NCBI GenBank assembly: GCA_963790255.1
Contig: CAWBOA010000004.1
Location: 197,339-261,338 of the forward strand
Length of the DNA: 64,000 nt
DNA from: an uncultured Chloroflexia bacterium
GTDB taxonomy: Bacteria; Chloroflexota; Limnocylindria; QHBO01
Direction: 5' to 3'
Of this stretch, positions 46,281 through 56,727 are shown piece by piece; the first letter of the stretch is position 1, and every line of letters starts with the position of its first letter. The notes below the pieces were generated by a model that saw only the letters and a program-made list of their open reading frames with translations, was not told the origin of the DNA and searched no databases. A program made the translations under genes and the position numbers.

Positions 46281-47152
46281 GCGATCTCCATCGGTGCGGA
46301 GGCGGACAGGAGGTTGCGCAGGAACGCCAGTCCATCGGTGGCGATGGCGTCCTGCGTCGAGGCGAGCCGGCGCCAGATGGCGGCCGCGCGAGCGATCGTC
46401 TGGTTCTCGGCCGTGAATGACTCGATGCAGAGCGGGCCCGCGTACCCGACGTCGCGGAGTGCGGCGACGTGCGCGGGCCAGTCGATATGGTCCGACCCAG
46501 GGGCGCCTCGATCGTTGGCGCAGACCTGGACGTGCGCGAGGCGGTCGCCGGCGAGCCTGATCGCGGCCGCGGGATCGCGCTCCTCGATGTTTGCGTGGAA
46601 GGTGTCGACCAGGACGCCGCAGCCCGGCGAGCCGACCCGGTCGACGATCTCGAGGGCCTGCTCGACCGTGTTCACGAGGCTCGTCTCGTAGCGGTTGAGC
46701 GGCTCCATCGCCAGGGTCACCCCGTGCGACGCGGCGTACTCAGCCGGCTCGCGGAGCGACTCGACCAGGCGGTGGATGACTCGCGACCGCTCGCCCGCAT
46801 CGAGGAGCGGCGTCCAGCCAACCGGCGCGTAGATCGGCCCGCCGACCACCGACGCACCGATGCGGGCCGCATGGTCGACGCAGGCATGCAGATATGCCTG
46901 GGTGGCGGCCACGGTCTCGTTGTCCGCGCTGACCAGGCTTCGCGAGTCGGGCATCACGGCGCAGGTCGTGGCGCCCAGTCCGAGCGTCGCCAGCAGCTCG
47001 GCCACGCCGCCCGCATCCCAGTCGCCGGGATGCTCGATGGGCAGCTCGATGACGTCGAAGCCCCACGCGCGGATGCGCGGCGCCAGCGAGGCGATGGCGG
47101 CGTCGGTTGGCGGAGAGACCCAGATCCAGGTGTTCGCGCCGATCGGGTTCAT
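46277..47152 (-). CDS. sugar phosphate isomerase/epimerase (xylose isomerase-like TIM barrel)
   Basis: Intact 291 aa. Matching segments: GFDVIELPIE, LAMEPLNRYE, VLVDTFHANIEE, HVQVCANDRG, PLCIESF. Confidence 0.8.
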   Translation of the reverse strand: MNPIGANTWIWVSPPTDAAIASLAPRIRAWGFDVIELPIEHPGDWDAGGVAELLATLGLGATTCAVMPDSRSLVSADNETVAATQAYLHACVDHAARIGASVVGGPIYAPVGWTPLLDAGERSRVIHRLVESLREPAEYAASHGVTLAMEPLNRYETSLVNTVEQALEIVDRVGSPGCGVLVDTFHANIEERDPAAAIRLAGDRLAHVQVCANDRGAPGSDHIDWPAHVAALRDVGYAGPLCIESFTAENQTIARAAAIWRRLASTQDAIATDGLAFLRNLLSASAPMEIA

Positions 47153-47171
47153 CGGTCTCGATTCAATGAGT

Positions 47172-47201
47172 GTGGAGGGCCGGCAAGCGCCGGCCCTCCA
47201 C
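47172..47201 (-). terminator. perfect 13-bp stem / 4-nt loop hairpin just after the ABC binding-protein gene (terminator or mRNA-stabilising hairpin)
   Basis: GTGGAGGGCCGGC (47172-47184) pairs with GCCGGCCCTCCAC (47189-47201) around the loop AAGC. It lies about 5 nt beyond the TAG of the binding-protein gene on the minus strand, followed by a moderately T-rich stretch. Confidence 0.55.
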
Positions 47202-47206
47202 GATTC

Positions 47207-48424
47207 CTACTGCCAGTCCTCGGGATAGCCGGGCATCTCCTCGCACCCGCACAGCGCGTAGTGCAGCGGAGGCATGTCGGGCTGGAGGTACTGGTCGAGG
47301 TTCTCGTCGGTGATGAACGGCTGTGGAAGGACCCATTCGCCGGGCACCTCCTCGCCGTTCAGGATCATCACCGCGGCGATGATCGCCGTACGCCACTGGA
47401 AGTTCGAGTACGTCGGGGCGGCGGCCGTCAGGCCGTCCTCCGACCACTTCAGCAGGAAGTCCTGCTGGTCCTCGCCGGTGATCGGTGGGACCTCCAGGCC
47501 GGCGTCCTCGAAGGCCTCGATGGCCGCGACCGCCGTGGCGCCCGCATCCATCCAGACGCCGTCGATCGTATCGGTCTGGAGATAGTCGTCCACGATGGAC
47601 TTCGTGTTCGCCGGATCACCATCGGTGAACTCGGCACCGACCACGTTGAGGCCGCTCTGCTCCAGGATCGCTCGACCGCCGGAGTAGCGAGTCTCCAGCA
47701 CATCGACGCCCGGAAGGATGCGGAGCATCAGGATGTTGCCGCCCTCCTCGACGTTGTCGACGAGGAATTCGGCCGCATCCGCGCCGAATGCGTAGCCACC
47801 GATCGGATGGACGAACGTGACCGGGCAGTCCGTGGTGACGCCGCGGTCGAACACGACGACCGGGATGCCACTCTCGCACGCCTGCTCAACGGCCGGCGTC
47901 AGCGCGGCGGTCGTGTTCGGCGAAACGATGAGGATGTCGCAATCCTGGCTCAGCAGGTCCTCGATGTCGCTGATCTGCTGGTTGTCGTCACCGCCGGCGT
48001 CGAGGTGCACGAATTCGCTGATCTCGCCCGCCTCGGTCTGGATCTCGACCTCGTGCTCCATGGTGTTGAATCCAACGACGCGCCACGGGTTGTTGACGCC
48101 CGCGTTGCTGAAGCAGACCTTCCCGGCGTCGTCGATCGCGAACTCCGCGGTGTCGACGTATTCAGGCTCGAGAGCCTGAAGCCATGGCTCGTCGGCCGGT
48201 CCTTCCGGCTCGATCGCACGCTGGGCGAGCTGCGTCTCGCACGTCTCGCGGTCGAAGAAGTCACCTTCCTCGGCGCCCTCGCACGATGCCGCGGTCCCGC
48301 CGTCGGACCCCGCTGCCGAGGACGACGCGCCCGGGCTGCCTGATGGCGTCGTGCACGCGGCGAGCACGATCGTGAGGATGGCGAACCAGGCCGCGGTCCG
48401 CCGGAGTTGAACGAGCTGACTCAT
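47207..48424 (-). CDS. ABC sugar transporter substrate-binding lipoprotein (periplasmic binding protein type I fold)
   Basis: Intact 405 aa. Signal plus lipobox AWFAILTIVLAAC. A Ser/Gly linker precedes typical PBP segments (DILIVSPNTT, IPVVVFDRG). AGGAG lies 9 nt upstream of the ATG. Confidence 0.8.
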   Translation of the reverse strand: MSQLVQLRRTAAWFAILTIVLAACTTPSGSPGASSSAAGSDGGTAASCEGAEEGDFFDRETCETQLAQRAIEPEGPADEPWLQALEPEYVDTAEFAIDDAGKVCFSNAGVNNPWRVVGFNTMEHEVEIQTEAGEISEFVHLDAGGDDNQQISDIEDLLSQDCDILIVSPNTTAALTPAVEQACESGIPVVVFDRGVTTDCPVTFVHPIGGYAFGADAAEFLVDNVEEGGNILMLRILPGVDVLETRYSGGRAILEQSGLNVVGAEFTDGDPANTKSIVDDYLQTDTIDGVWMDAGATAVAAIEAFEDAGLEVPPITGEDQQDFLLKWSEDGLTAAAPTYSNFQWRTAIIAAVMILNGEEVPGEWVLPQPFITDENLDQYLQPDMPPLHYALCGCEEMPGYPEDWQ

Positions 48425-48495
48425 GAATGGATCTCCTGGGTGGGGTGTCCGTTGACTGGCGCCTGCGATTCCGTGATGAACCCTCCTCTCGCCGC

Positions 48496-49511
48496 TCAGC
48501 GGCTGGCTCGAAGCCGCAGCGACGCGTAGCCGACGGCGGCGATGATGATCAGGCCCTGCACGGCGAAGCGAAGCTCCACCGGCAGGCGAAGGAAGTTGAG
48601 AAGCGTGAAGAGCGCCTCGAGGGCGAGGGCCCCGGCCAGCGTCGCCGGAACGGATCCGCTCCCGCCACCCAGGATCGCGCCGCCGAGCACGACGGCACTG
48701 ATGGCCTGGAACTCGTACCCCTCACCCGCCTGGTTCGACAGGCCGCCGAACCCGGCCAGCAGGACGCCGGCGACGATGGCCGTGACCGCGCTGATCGCGA
48801 AGGCCGTGACCCGCACGGCGTCGACGCGGACGCCAGCGAGGGCTGCCGCGCGGGGGTTGCCGCCCACGGCATACAGCTGCTTCCCGAAGTTCGACCGGTG
48901 GAGCAGGAGCCACGCCACGACGCCGACGGCCAGGAGGATGACCACCGAGTAGGGAAGCTCGCCGATGATCGGCACGCCCTCGATGCCCTCGCGACCAAAC
49001 ACGCGCAGGTTCTCGGGGAGCGAGCCGCGCGGGGCGCCGCGCGTCCAGACCGCCACGCCTCCGTTGAGGACGAGCAGCATGCCGAGGGTGGTGAGGAAGG
49101 ACGGCACCATCAGCCGGGTCGTGATCACGCCGTTCACGAGCCCGACGAGCACGCCGAACAGCAGGAGGCCACCCAGGACCGGATAGGTGAGGTTCGGATC
49201 GCCCGCGGTGAGGACGGCGCCGGCCACGACGACGACGGTGATGATCGACCCGACCGAGAGGTCGAACTCGCCGGCGACGATGACGAAGAGCTGCCCGACC
49301 GCAAGCACCATCAGCGGCGCCGCGCGCTTGAGCAGCGCGAGGTAGTAGCCGACGTCGAAGCCGCGCGGATTGATGAAGCCGATCGCGACGAGGAGCAGGA
49401 CCAGGACGAGGAAGATCGGCGCCGCAGAGAGCAGGGAGCGGCGCAGGCGATCGACGCCGAGTCGTCCGGGGCGTCCGCGGCAGGGGACGTCGGGGGCGCA
49501 GCGGCCGTCAT
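48496..49511 (-). pseudogene. ABC sugar transporter permease (RbsC/AraH-like), 1 frameshift near the 5' end
   Basis: The core is intact (ORF 48496..49311: ...GEFDLSVGSI...YAVGGNPRAAALAGV...). The in-frame upstream LGVDRLRRSLLSAAPIFLVLVLLLVAIGF has no start codon. ATG 49511 (MTAAAPPTSPAADAPDD) is in another frame and overlaps the upstream stop (ATGA). Hand-off is at about 49455-49475. Confidence 0.7.
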
Positions 49512-50511
49512 CGGTTCCGCTCCCGCTGGCGCACCGCGTACAGCGCGACGGCGGCCACGAGGATCACGCCTCGCAGGACATCCTTCCAGAACGCGTTGAT
49601 CTGGAGCAGTCCGAAGAGGTTGTCGAGCAGCGCGAGGACGAGCACGCCGGCCAGGGTGCCGATGACGCCACCGCGGCCGCCGGCGAGCGCGGTCCCGCCA
49701 ACGACCACCGCGGCGATCGACTCCAGGTCATAGCCCCCATCGGGCCCGACCCACGGCGCCCCGGCGCCGAGGCGGCTGACGAGGAAGAGGCCGGTCAGGA
49801 CCGCCGCGATGCTGCACAGGACGTGCGCGAGGATGAGCGTCCGATGGCTGCGCACGCCCGAGAGGCGGGCGGTCTCCTCGTCGCCGCCGACGGCATAGAC
49901 GTGATGGCCGAAGCGCGTCCAGCGCAGCATGAACCAGACGGCGCCAACCACCACCAGCAAGAAGCACGACGGAGTACGGGATCGGGCCGAGATATCCGTA
50001 CCCGAGCCCCTGGAATGAGCCCGGGACCTCGCCGGCGAAGTTCGTGAAGGCCGCGTTGAGAACGCCGCGCAGGATGAGCGCCGACGCCAAGGGTCGCGAT
50101 GAAGGCGTTGATGCGCAGCTTGGTGATGAGCAGCCCGTTCACCAGGCCGACCCCCGCGCCGATGAGGAGCACGACGCCCACGCCAAGGGGAATCCTGGCC
50201 GGATCGCCCTGCATCACGACCCCCGACAGAACGGCCGCCACGCTGATGAGGTAGGCGACCGACAGGTCCAGGGAGCCGGCGAGGATGGCGATCGTCTGGC
50301 CGGCCGCGACGAGGCCGAGGGAGACGGAGCGCACGAGGATGCTCGTCAGGTTCTCCTGGCTGATGAAGCGCGTCCCGGCGGTCGCCACGGCGATGAGCAC
50401 CAGCAGCAGGAGGACGCCCCACGCCGGAGGGATCCCGAGCGCCGAGATCCGTTCGGTGACGGCGTCGAAAGGCGACCGGCGGCGCGTCAGCGCGTCACGG
50501 CTGGCCGTCAT
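49508..50511 (-). pseudogene. ABC sugar transporter permease (RbsC/AraH-like), 2 frameshifts
   Basis: The first segment is MTASRDALT...GSLDLSVAYLISV...INAFIATL. It hands off at GGG 50091-50093 to ASALILRGVLNAAFTNFAGEV...IPYSVVLL. A second hand-off near 49958 leads to LVVVGAVWFMLRWTRFGHHVYAVGGDEETARLSGV... and the stop. Confidence 0.75.
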
Positions 50512-52041
50512 GCGACCTGCTCCTCGTGCTCGCCCGTGGCCAGGAACATGATGTCTGCCTCGGTCGGGCCGGCAGCGCAGCTCGCCGGCGATCGTGCCGC
50601 TGCGCATCACGAGGATGCGGTCGCTCATCCCGATCACCTCGGGCAGCTCCGAGCTGATCATCAGGACCGCCGCGCCGGCGCGGGCGAGCTCCCGGATGAG
50701 CTCATGGATCCCGGCCTTGGCCCCGACGTCGATGCCGCGTGTCGGCTCGTCGAAGAGGAAGATGCGCGAACGGGTCGCCAGCCACTTGGCCAGCACGACC
50801 TTCTGCTGGTTGCCGCCGGACAGGAAGCGGACGTCGCGCTCCAGGTTCGTCGTCCGCAGGTCGACCTGCTCGGCGAGCTCGGAGACCGATGCTCGGCGCG
50901 GCAACCGCCCGCGAAGCCACGCGCCGAGGCCCCGCAGCGCGAGCAGAGCGTTCTCGCGGACCCCGAGCCCGAGGACGAGGCCCTCGGCCTTGCGGTCCTC
51001 GGTCACGAAGCCCAGTCCCCTTCCGATGGCCTGGCGCGGCCGGCTCATCCGGACGTCGCGACCCTCGATCGTCATCGTCCCCGCATCGAAGGGCCGTACC
51101 CCGAAGATGGCCTGTGCCAGCTCGGTCCGGCCAGAACCCGCCAGCCCCGCGATCCCGACCACCTCGCCGCCGACGCAGGTCGAGGTCGATGCCGTGGAGG
51201 AGCCCACTGACCGCGCCGCCACGCACGGAGACGACGGGATCCCCGATCTCCTCGGCCGTCCCGCGAGGCGGGTAGTAGTTCTCGATCTCGCGTCCGACCA
51301 TCATCCTCACCAGCTCCCTCGGCGAGGTCGAAGCCGTGGCGACCGTGTCGACGCGCCGGCCATCCTTGAGCACCGTCACCCGATCGGCGATCTGGAAGAT
51401 CTCCGTCAGCCGGTGCGAGATGAAGAGGACGCCGATGCCCTGCGCGACGAGCAGGCGGACACGATCGAAGAGCGCCGTCGTCTCGTGCGGCGACAGTGCC
51501 GCCGTCGGCTCGTCCATCACGACGATGCGCGCCGCGACCGACAGGGCCTTCGCGATCTCGACCGTCTGCTGCTGCGCCACCGAGAGGCGTTTCACGAGCC
51601 TCGCCGGGCGAGATCCTGGCCTCCGCCCCGAGCTGACCCATCAGCTTCCGAGTGGCGATCTCCATTGCGCGGCGGTCGACCAGGGGGCCGCGCATCGGCT
51701 CCCGGCCGAGGAAGATGTTCTGCGCGACGGTGCGTTCGGGAAGGAGGTTGAACTCCTGATAGATGATGCTGACGCCCGCGGCCTGCGCCTCCTTGGGATG
51801 GCCGAAGCGCACTTCCTCGCCCGTCGACGCGGATGGTGCCCTCGTCGGCCACGTGAGCGCCGGCGAGGATCTTCATCAGGGTCGACTTGCCGGCACCGTT
51901 CTCGCCGAGCACCGCGTGCACCTCACCAGCGCGAAGGTCGAGGTCCACCTCCTGCAGGACCGGGACGCCGAAGAAGGATTTGCCGATCCCGCGCATCTCG
52001 AGCAGGGGAGCCTCGCTCACGGCCTGACCTTCCTCACGCAC
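50508..52041 (-). pseudogene. sugar ABC transporter ATP-binding protein (duplicated ATPase, RbsA/MglA-like), 4 frameshifts
   Basis: Five segments. (1) [47 protein letters not shown]...RVDG. (2) After the hand-off at CCC 51820-51822: [27 protein letters not shown]. (3) After about 51598: [18 protein letters not shown]...[10 protein letters not shown]. (4) After about 51173: [17 protein letters not shown]...LSGGNQQKV...FLFDEPTRGIDVGA. (5) After about 50578: AGPTEADIMFLATGEHEEQVA*. The stop overlaps the permease ATG (ATGA). GTG 52019 is an alternative start. Confidence 0.8.
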
Positions 52042-53326
52042 CGGCGGCAGCTCTCTGCTCGGGAGCGGGATGCCGCGACCAGGTCGCGATGCCTTCCGGC
52101 GAGAAGAGCTCGTCGAGGACCATGGCCGCGGCTCCCATCACCCCGGCGCGCGGCCCGAGCGACGAGCGCTTGATGACCAGGTCGCGCGTCGCCAGCGGCA
52201 GCGATCGCCCGTACACGATCTCGCGGATGGCGGCGATGAAGACGTCTCCGCTCTCGGCGACGCCGCCTCCGATGACGATCAGTGATGGGTTGAAGAAGCT
52301 GACGATGCTCGCCAGCGAGTATCCGACGTAGCGCCCCGCGCGCTGGAGAAGCTCGACGCCGGCCGCGTCGCCGCGGGCCGCGGCGGCCGCGACGTCCTGC
52401 GCCGTCACCCGGCCGGCGCGCTCCACCGCGGCGCTGAGCGCTGGGCTGCGACCGTCCGCGGCGGCCGCCTCCCCGTCGCGCGCGAGCGCGGCGCCACCGG
52501 CGACCGCTTCGAGGCAGCCGACGTTCCCGCAGCGACAGACCACGCCTCCGTGACCGATGACCCCGACATGCCCGACGTCACCGGCCGCTCCCTGGGCGCC
52601 CCGGTGGAGGAGCCCGTCCGAGATGAGCCCGGCACCGATACCGGTCCCGATCTTCATGAAGACGACGTTGTCGTGGCCGCTGGCCACGCCGTACTGCCAC
52701 TCACCGAGCGCCATGACGTTCACGTCGTTGTCGACCCAGGCGCGCGTGCCGTAGCGCGCGGCAAGCCGCTCGCGGATGGGATACCCGTCCCACCCGGGCA
52801 TGATCGGAGGGGCGACCGGCCGGCCCGTCCCGAACTCGACCGGTCCGGGCACCCCGATGCCGATCCCCCGCAACGGGCCCGGCCAGCCCGCTTTGGCTTC
52901 GAGCCCGTCGAAGAGCGACTCGACGGTCCCGATGATCGCTTCGGGACCGAGCGCCACGTCGGCCGCCTGCTCGCTGAAATAGAGCACCTCACCGTCGAGG
53001 TCGGCGACCGCCACCGCGATGCTCGTCGCGCCAAGGTCGGCGAGGAGCAGGTGACCACCGCCGGCATCGAACCGGAGGTGCCGCGGCGGACGCCCACCGG
53101 TGCTCGGCCCGGTTCCGGTCTCGATCACGAGGCCCCGGTCGACCAGCTCGCTCACACGCTGCGCCACGACGGTGCGGGAGAGCCCCGTCCGCCTGGACAC
53201 CTCGACGCGGGATCGGGAGGCGCCGCGCCGAATGGCGTCGAGCACCGCCGTCATGGTCGGATCGACGAGTACGGCGGGCTGGTCGGCATGTGGGACATCT
53301 GCCACCAATGCATCGTACTTATGCAT
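52034..53326 (-). CDS. ROK family transcriptional regulator
   Basis: Intact. N-terminal w[35 protein letters not shown] sugar-kinase-like fold: [22 protein letters not shown], and the Zn motif [22 protein letters not shown]. The start may be M25 (53254), because 53290-53330 is AT-rich and palindromic. Confidence 0.85.
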   Translation of the reverse strand: MHKYDALVADVPHADQPAVLVDPTMTAVLDAIRRGASRSRVEVSRRTGLSRTVVAQRVSELVDRGLVIETGTGPSTGGRPPRHLRFDAGGGHLLLADLGATSIAVAVADLDGEVLYFSEQAADVALGPEAIIGTVESLFDGLEAKAGWPGPLRGIGIGVPGPVEFGTGRPVAPPIMPGWDGYPIRERLAARYGTRAWVDNDVNVMALGEWQYGVASGHDNVVFMKIGTGIGAGLISDGLLHRGAQGAAGDVGHVGVIGHGGVVCRCGNVGCLEAVAGGAALARDGEAAAADGRSPALSAAVERAGRVTAQDVAAAAARGDAAGVELLQRAGRYVGYSLASIVSFFNPSLIVIGGGVAESGDVFIAAIREIVYGRSLPLATRDLVIKRSSLGPRAGVMGAAAMVLDELFSPEGIATWSRHPAPEQRAAAGA

Positions 53327-53374
53327 GTCAAGTGCGAAAGTCGGCAGATCAGCCGCAGATGACCTGCCCGAAGC

Positions 53375-54019
53375 CTATTGCTCCGCTCGCCAGGCGACGA
53401 GCACGCCGACGTCGTCGTACTTCCAGACGACGTCGACTGCGGCGAAGCCGGCCGCGATCAGCCACGCGAGATGCTCGGCGGCCGTGTCGGGATGGTCGTG
53501 CTCGGCCTCGTGCGCGTCGGGCGCATCGGGCAGCGAGTACAGCTCGCTCAGCCGGTCCATGGCCGGCCGGAAGTAGTCCGCCAGGACGAAGATGCCGCCC
53601 GGCTCGATGTGCTCCCAGATGCGGCTGAAGAGGTGCCGCTTCTCATCGGCGCGCAGGTGGTGGACGGCGAGGATGCTCACGATCGCGTCGTGGGAGCCGG
53701 CGATCTCGGGCTGCGCGATGTCGCTCACGCGCAGGTCGACACGTTCCGCGAGCCCGGCCAGCCGCTGACGCGCGCGGTCGAGCATCTCGCCGGAGACGTC
53801 AAGCCCGACGGCGTTGACGGAGGGGAAGGCCTCGAGCACCCGGCGCAGGGTGTAGCCGGTCCCCGCCCCAAGGTCGAGAATGCGCTGCGGTGGCCGCAGG
53901 CCGAGCAGGGCGAGGAGCGTCTCGTGAATCTCCTCGTAGCGGGGGACCATCCCGCGGATCTCGGCGTCGTATCGGGGCGCCCACTCGTCGAAGTGCTGGC
54001 CGACCGTGCGCGGATCCAT
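53375..54019 (-). CDS. class I SAM-dependent methyltransferase
   Basis: Start trimmed to MDPRTVGQHFDEW (CAT 54017-54019). Motif I ILDLGAGTGYT, then GLDVSGEML and PGGIFVLADY. The 520-aa ORF-track extension overlaps fabI out of frame. Confidence 0.8.
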   Translation of the reverse strand: MDPRTVGQHFDEWAPRYDAEIRGMVPRYEEIHETLLALLGLRPPQRILDLGAGTGYTLRRVLEAFPSVNAVGLDVSGEMLDRARQRLAGLAERVDLRVSDIAQPEIAGSHDAIVSILAVHHLRADEKRHLFSRIWEHIEPGGIFVLADYFRPAMDRLSELYSLPDAPDAHEAEHDHPDTAAEHLAWLIAAGFAAVDVVWKYDDVGVLVAWRAEQ

Positions 54020-54033
54020 CAGTGCTCCGGCGC

Positions 54034-54858
54034 TCAGTCCCGTGGCTTGAAGTCGGCTCCGAGGGCGTGATAGCCGCCGTCGACGTGGATCATCTCGCCG
54101 GTCGTCATGGACGCCATGTCGCTGAGAAGGAAACAGCACATCTCGCCCACCGGCGTCGCATCGGTCAGCGACCAGGCCAGCGGCGCGCGGGATGACCACG
54201 TCCCGGCGATGGCGTTGAAGCCGGGAATGTTCTTGCCGGCGATCGTCCGGATCGGTCCGGCGGAGACGGTGTTGATCCGGATGTTGTGCTCGCCGAGGTC
54301 GCGCGCCAGGTAGCGCGTGGTCGCCTCGAGGCCGGCCTTGGCGACGCCCATCCAGTCGTAGATCGGCCAGGCGACGCGACCGTCGAAGGTCAGGCTCACC
54401 ACCGATGCGCCACCGTCCGCCCCGGCGACCTTGAGCGGCTCGAGCAGCCCGGTCGCGAGCGCCTTGAGCGAGTAGGCCGACGTCTGGAAGGCGATCGAGA
54501 CGCTCTCCCACGGCGCCGTGAGGAAGTTGCCGCCGAGGGCGTCCTGCGGCGCGAAGGCGATCCCGTGCAGCACGCCGTCGACGCGGCCCCATCGGCGCAT
54601 CACTTCGTCGGACACGGCGCTGACGTCGTCGGGAGCGTTGACGTCCATCTGCATGACGTCGGGCGTTGACGGCAGCCGCCTGGCGACCCGCTCGGTCAGG
54701 CGGACGCCCTTGCCGACGTTGGTGAGGAGGATCTCCGCGCCCTGCTCCTGGGCGACCTTGGCCACGGCGAACGCGATGCTGTCGTCGGTCAGGACGCCGG
54801 TGATGAGCAGCTTCTTGCCATCGAGCAGCATGCGAACAGGAGCCTCCAGCGCGGTCAT
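54034..54858 (-). CDS. fabI: enoyl-[acyl-carrier-protein] reductase (NADH), InhA-type FabI
   Basis: LLDGKKLLITGVLTDDSIAFAVAKVAQEQGAEILLT resembles the InhA N-terminus. Further matches: GVLHGIAFAP, YDWMGVAKAGLEATTRYLARDLG, IRINTVSAGPIRT. Alternative start at ATG 54831. Confidence 0.85.
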   Translation of the reverse strand: MTALEAPVRMLLDGKKLLITGVLTDDSIAFAVAKVAQEQGAEILLTNVGKGVRLTERVARRLPSTPDVMQMDVNAPDDVSAVSDEVMRRWGRVDGVLHGIAFAPQDALGGNFLTAPWESVSIAFQTSAYSLKALATGLLEPLKVAGADGGASVVSLTFDGRVAWPIYDWMGVAKAGLEATTRYLARDLGEHNIRINTVSAGPIRTIAGKNIPGFNAIAGTWSSRAPLAWSLTDATPVGEMCCFLLSDMASMTTGEMIHVDGGYHALGADFKPRD

Positions 54859-54944
54859 GGGCCGATGCGCGCCCCCGGCGCGGTCTGGCGCCGATTGTAG
54901 ACCGCCGGCCTCGACGCCCGGATCGGGCTAGGATCACCGGACCG

Positions 54945-55403
54945 ATGATGGTTCGCCTCTACGACTACGACGTGCCCGCCGCCGACGACGAGGTCCCCAG
55001 CCTGCGTCCGTTGCTGGAGGCCCTTGCGACCGATGAGCGACGCACGATCCTGACCGGCCTCTTCAAGCCCGAGCGCATGCCGGGCACGATGGAGCGCCTC
55101 ACGACGCTGATCGAGGATGTCGACACGAGCTTCGAGAACGCGCTGATCACCCTCGACAATGCGACGCGATCCCGACGATTCGTGGCGATCGACGAGGCCA
55201 AGTCGATCCTCGACCGATGGCTTCCGGCATCCGCGGTCGCCGGCGTTCGGGAGTGGGACGTCGCCCGTCTCCTCGAGCCATACGGCGACGGGACCTATCA
55301 CGGCAAGCTCCTGCGGAGGACGCGCAAGCAGCTTCGATCGGTCTCGAGCCGCGAGGCGCTGACCGTCCCGTTCCTCTTCCGCCGCACGTGGGGCGAAGCG
55401 TGA
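54945..55403 (+). CDS. hypothetical protein
   Basis: 152-aa ORF with natural composition. TAGGAT (54929-54934) lies 10 nt upstream of the ATG. Confidence 0.55.
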   Translation: MMVRLYDYDVPAADDEVPSLRPLLEALATDERRTILTGLFKPERMPGTMERLTTLIEDVDTSFENALITLDNATRSRRFVAIDEAKSILDRWLPASAVAGVREWDVARLLEPYGDGTYHGKLLRRTRKQLRSVSSREALTVPFLFRRTWGEA

Positions 55404-55546
55404 GCCGCTCGTCGCGACGCCGGCGTGGACGCCCGTATCAGCCGTTCCCCGAACGCCGCAACCCGTGGTTGGCGCGGTTCCTGGTGGTGGCGGTCGGCGT
55501 GCTTCTCATCTTCGGCACGCTGGCGCTGTTCGCCGGCACGCGGTAG
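55400..55546 (+). CDS. small basic tail-anchored membrane protein (48 aa)
   Basis: GTG 55400 overlaps the upstream stop (GTGA). An Arg-rich N-terminus is followed by a single TM FLVVAVGVLLIFGTLALFAG. Confidence 0.4.
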   Translation: MSRSSRRRRGRPYQPFPERRNPWLARFLVVAVGVLLIFGTLALFAGTR

Positions 55547-55554
55547 CGGTCGAG

Positions 55555-56718
55555 CTAGAGCGACTCCTCCAGCAGCGTCCGCACGTGGAGCAGCAGCTTC
55601 ACCAGCTCGGGCGCCGCGGCCAGGAGATCGACGTCGTCCGGCTGGACGTGGTCGAAGAGGCGGAACTCGGACTGCGCCTCGAGCACGCCGACGGATGCCA
55701 GCGCTTCCGCCAGCCGACGCGACTCGACGTATGGGACGTGATGGTCCTCCGTGTCGTGCATGAGGTGGACTTCGGCCTCCACCGCCAGGTGCCGCACCGG
55801 CGAGATCGCGTCGATGAAGGCCGCCGAATCCGCCGGGAGCACCTCGATCGCGGCCAGCGCCGCCGCCAGGTCAGGTGCGGTCAGCAGGTCGTGGATGGCG
55901 CGTGCGCCCGTCGTCTCCAGGGCGGCGCGCAGCTCCCCGTCGGGCTCCGGCCGCTCCCCCGCCACGATTGCCTCGCCGAACGCGGACGCCAGGGCCGCGC
56001 GGTCGGCGGCGTCGGGAACCTGGTCGAGCATGAATGCCAGGTAGACCTCACGTGCCAGGGGAGACGGGATCCACGGCACGTCCGTGCCATCGTCACCGGC
56101 GTAGGCATGCGCCGAGACCGCCGCGAGGTACGTGCCCGCGTCGGCGAAGGCGCCAAACGCATTCACCCAGCGCACCTGGTCGGCGATGCGCGGGTCCCCG
56201 GCCGCCAGGAGCGCCAGGGATCCGCCAACGCTGAACCCGACGATCCCGACGCGAGTCGAGTCGACCTCGGGGCGTGCGGCGAGCACCTCGAACGCGCGGA
56301 CGATCCCGTCGACCTCACCGACCTCGAGGCGGCCCTCCAGCAGGACGCGCGAGTCAGGTACCAGCACGGCAACCCCCGTGCGAGCGAGGCCGTCGGCGAC
56401 GCGGGCCACGACGGGGTGGTTGCGACCGACGTTGTTCACGCCCAGGACGAGGAGCATCGCGCCGGCCTGGCGCTCCGCCGTCGCCCACGACGGAAGCCAC
56501 AGCTCAGCGAGCTCACCGGGGTTGTCCCCGGTACCTGGGCGGTACTCGATGGCCGTCCGCTGCGGAGCCTCACTGAACAGGTTCAGGGGCTTTGGGCCGG
56601 CGTCGAGCAGGTTGGGGAGGAGCACCGCGGTCTGGATCGCGACGCGAGTCGGCTCGAAGGCGACCAGCGCGACGACCATGACGAGCAGGACCAGGGCGAT
56701 GCGCCGAAGGCGTCGCAT
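55555..56718 (-). CDS. alpha/beta hydrolase (dienelactone hydrolase / esterase-like) with N-terminal membrane anchor
   Basis: TM IALVLLVMVVALVAF. Nucleophile elbow IVGFSVGGSLAL. Late His in LMHDTEDHHVP. Confidence 0.7.
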   Translation of the reverse strand: MRRLRRIALVLLVMVVALVAFEPTRVAIQTAVLLPNLLDAGPKPLNLFSEAPQRTAIEYRPGTGDNPGELAELWLPSWATAERQAGAMLLVLGVNNVGRNHPVVARVADGLARTGVAVLVPDSRVLLEGRLEVGEVDGIVRAFEVLAARPEVDSTRVGIVGFSVGGSLALLAAGDPRIADQVRWVNAFGAFADAGTYLAAVSAHAYAGDDGTDVPWIPSPLAREVYLAFMLDQVPDAADRAALASAFGEAIVAGERPEPDGELRAALETTGARAIHDLLTAPDLAAALAAIEVLPADSAAFIDAISPVRHLAVEAEVHLMHDTEDHHVPYVESRRLAEALASVGVLEAQSEFRLFDHVQPDDVDLLAAAPELVKLLLHVRTLLEESL

Positions 56719-56727
56719 CGACCCATC

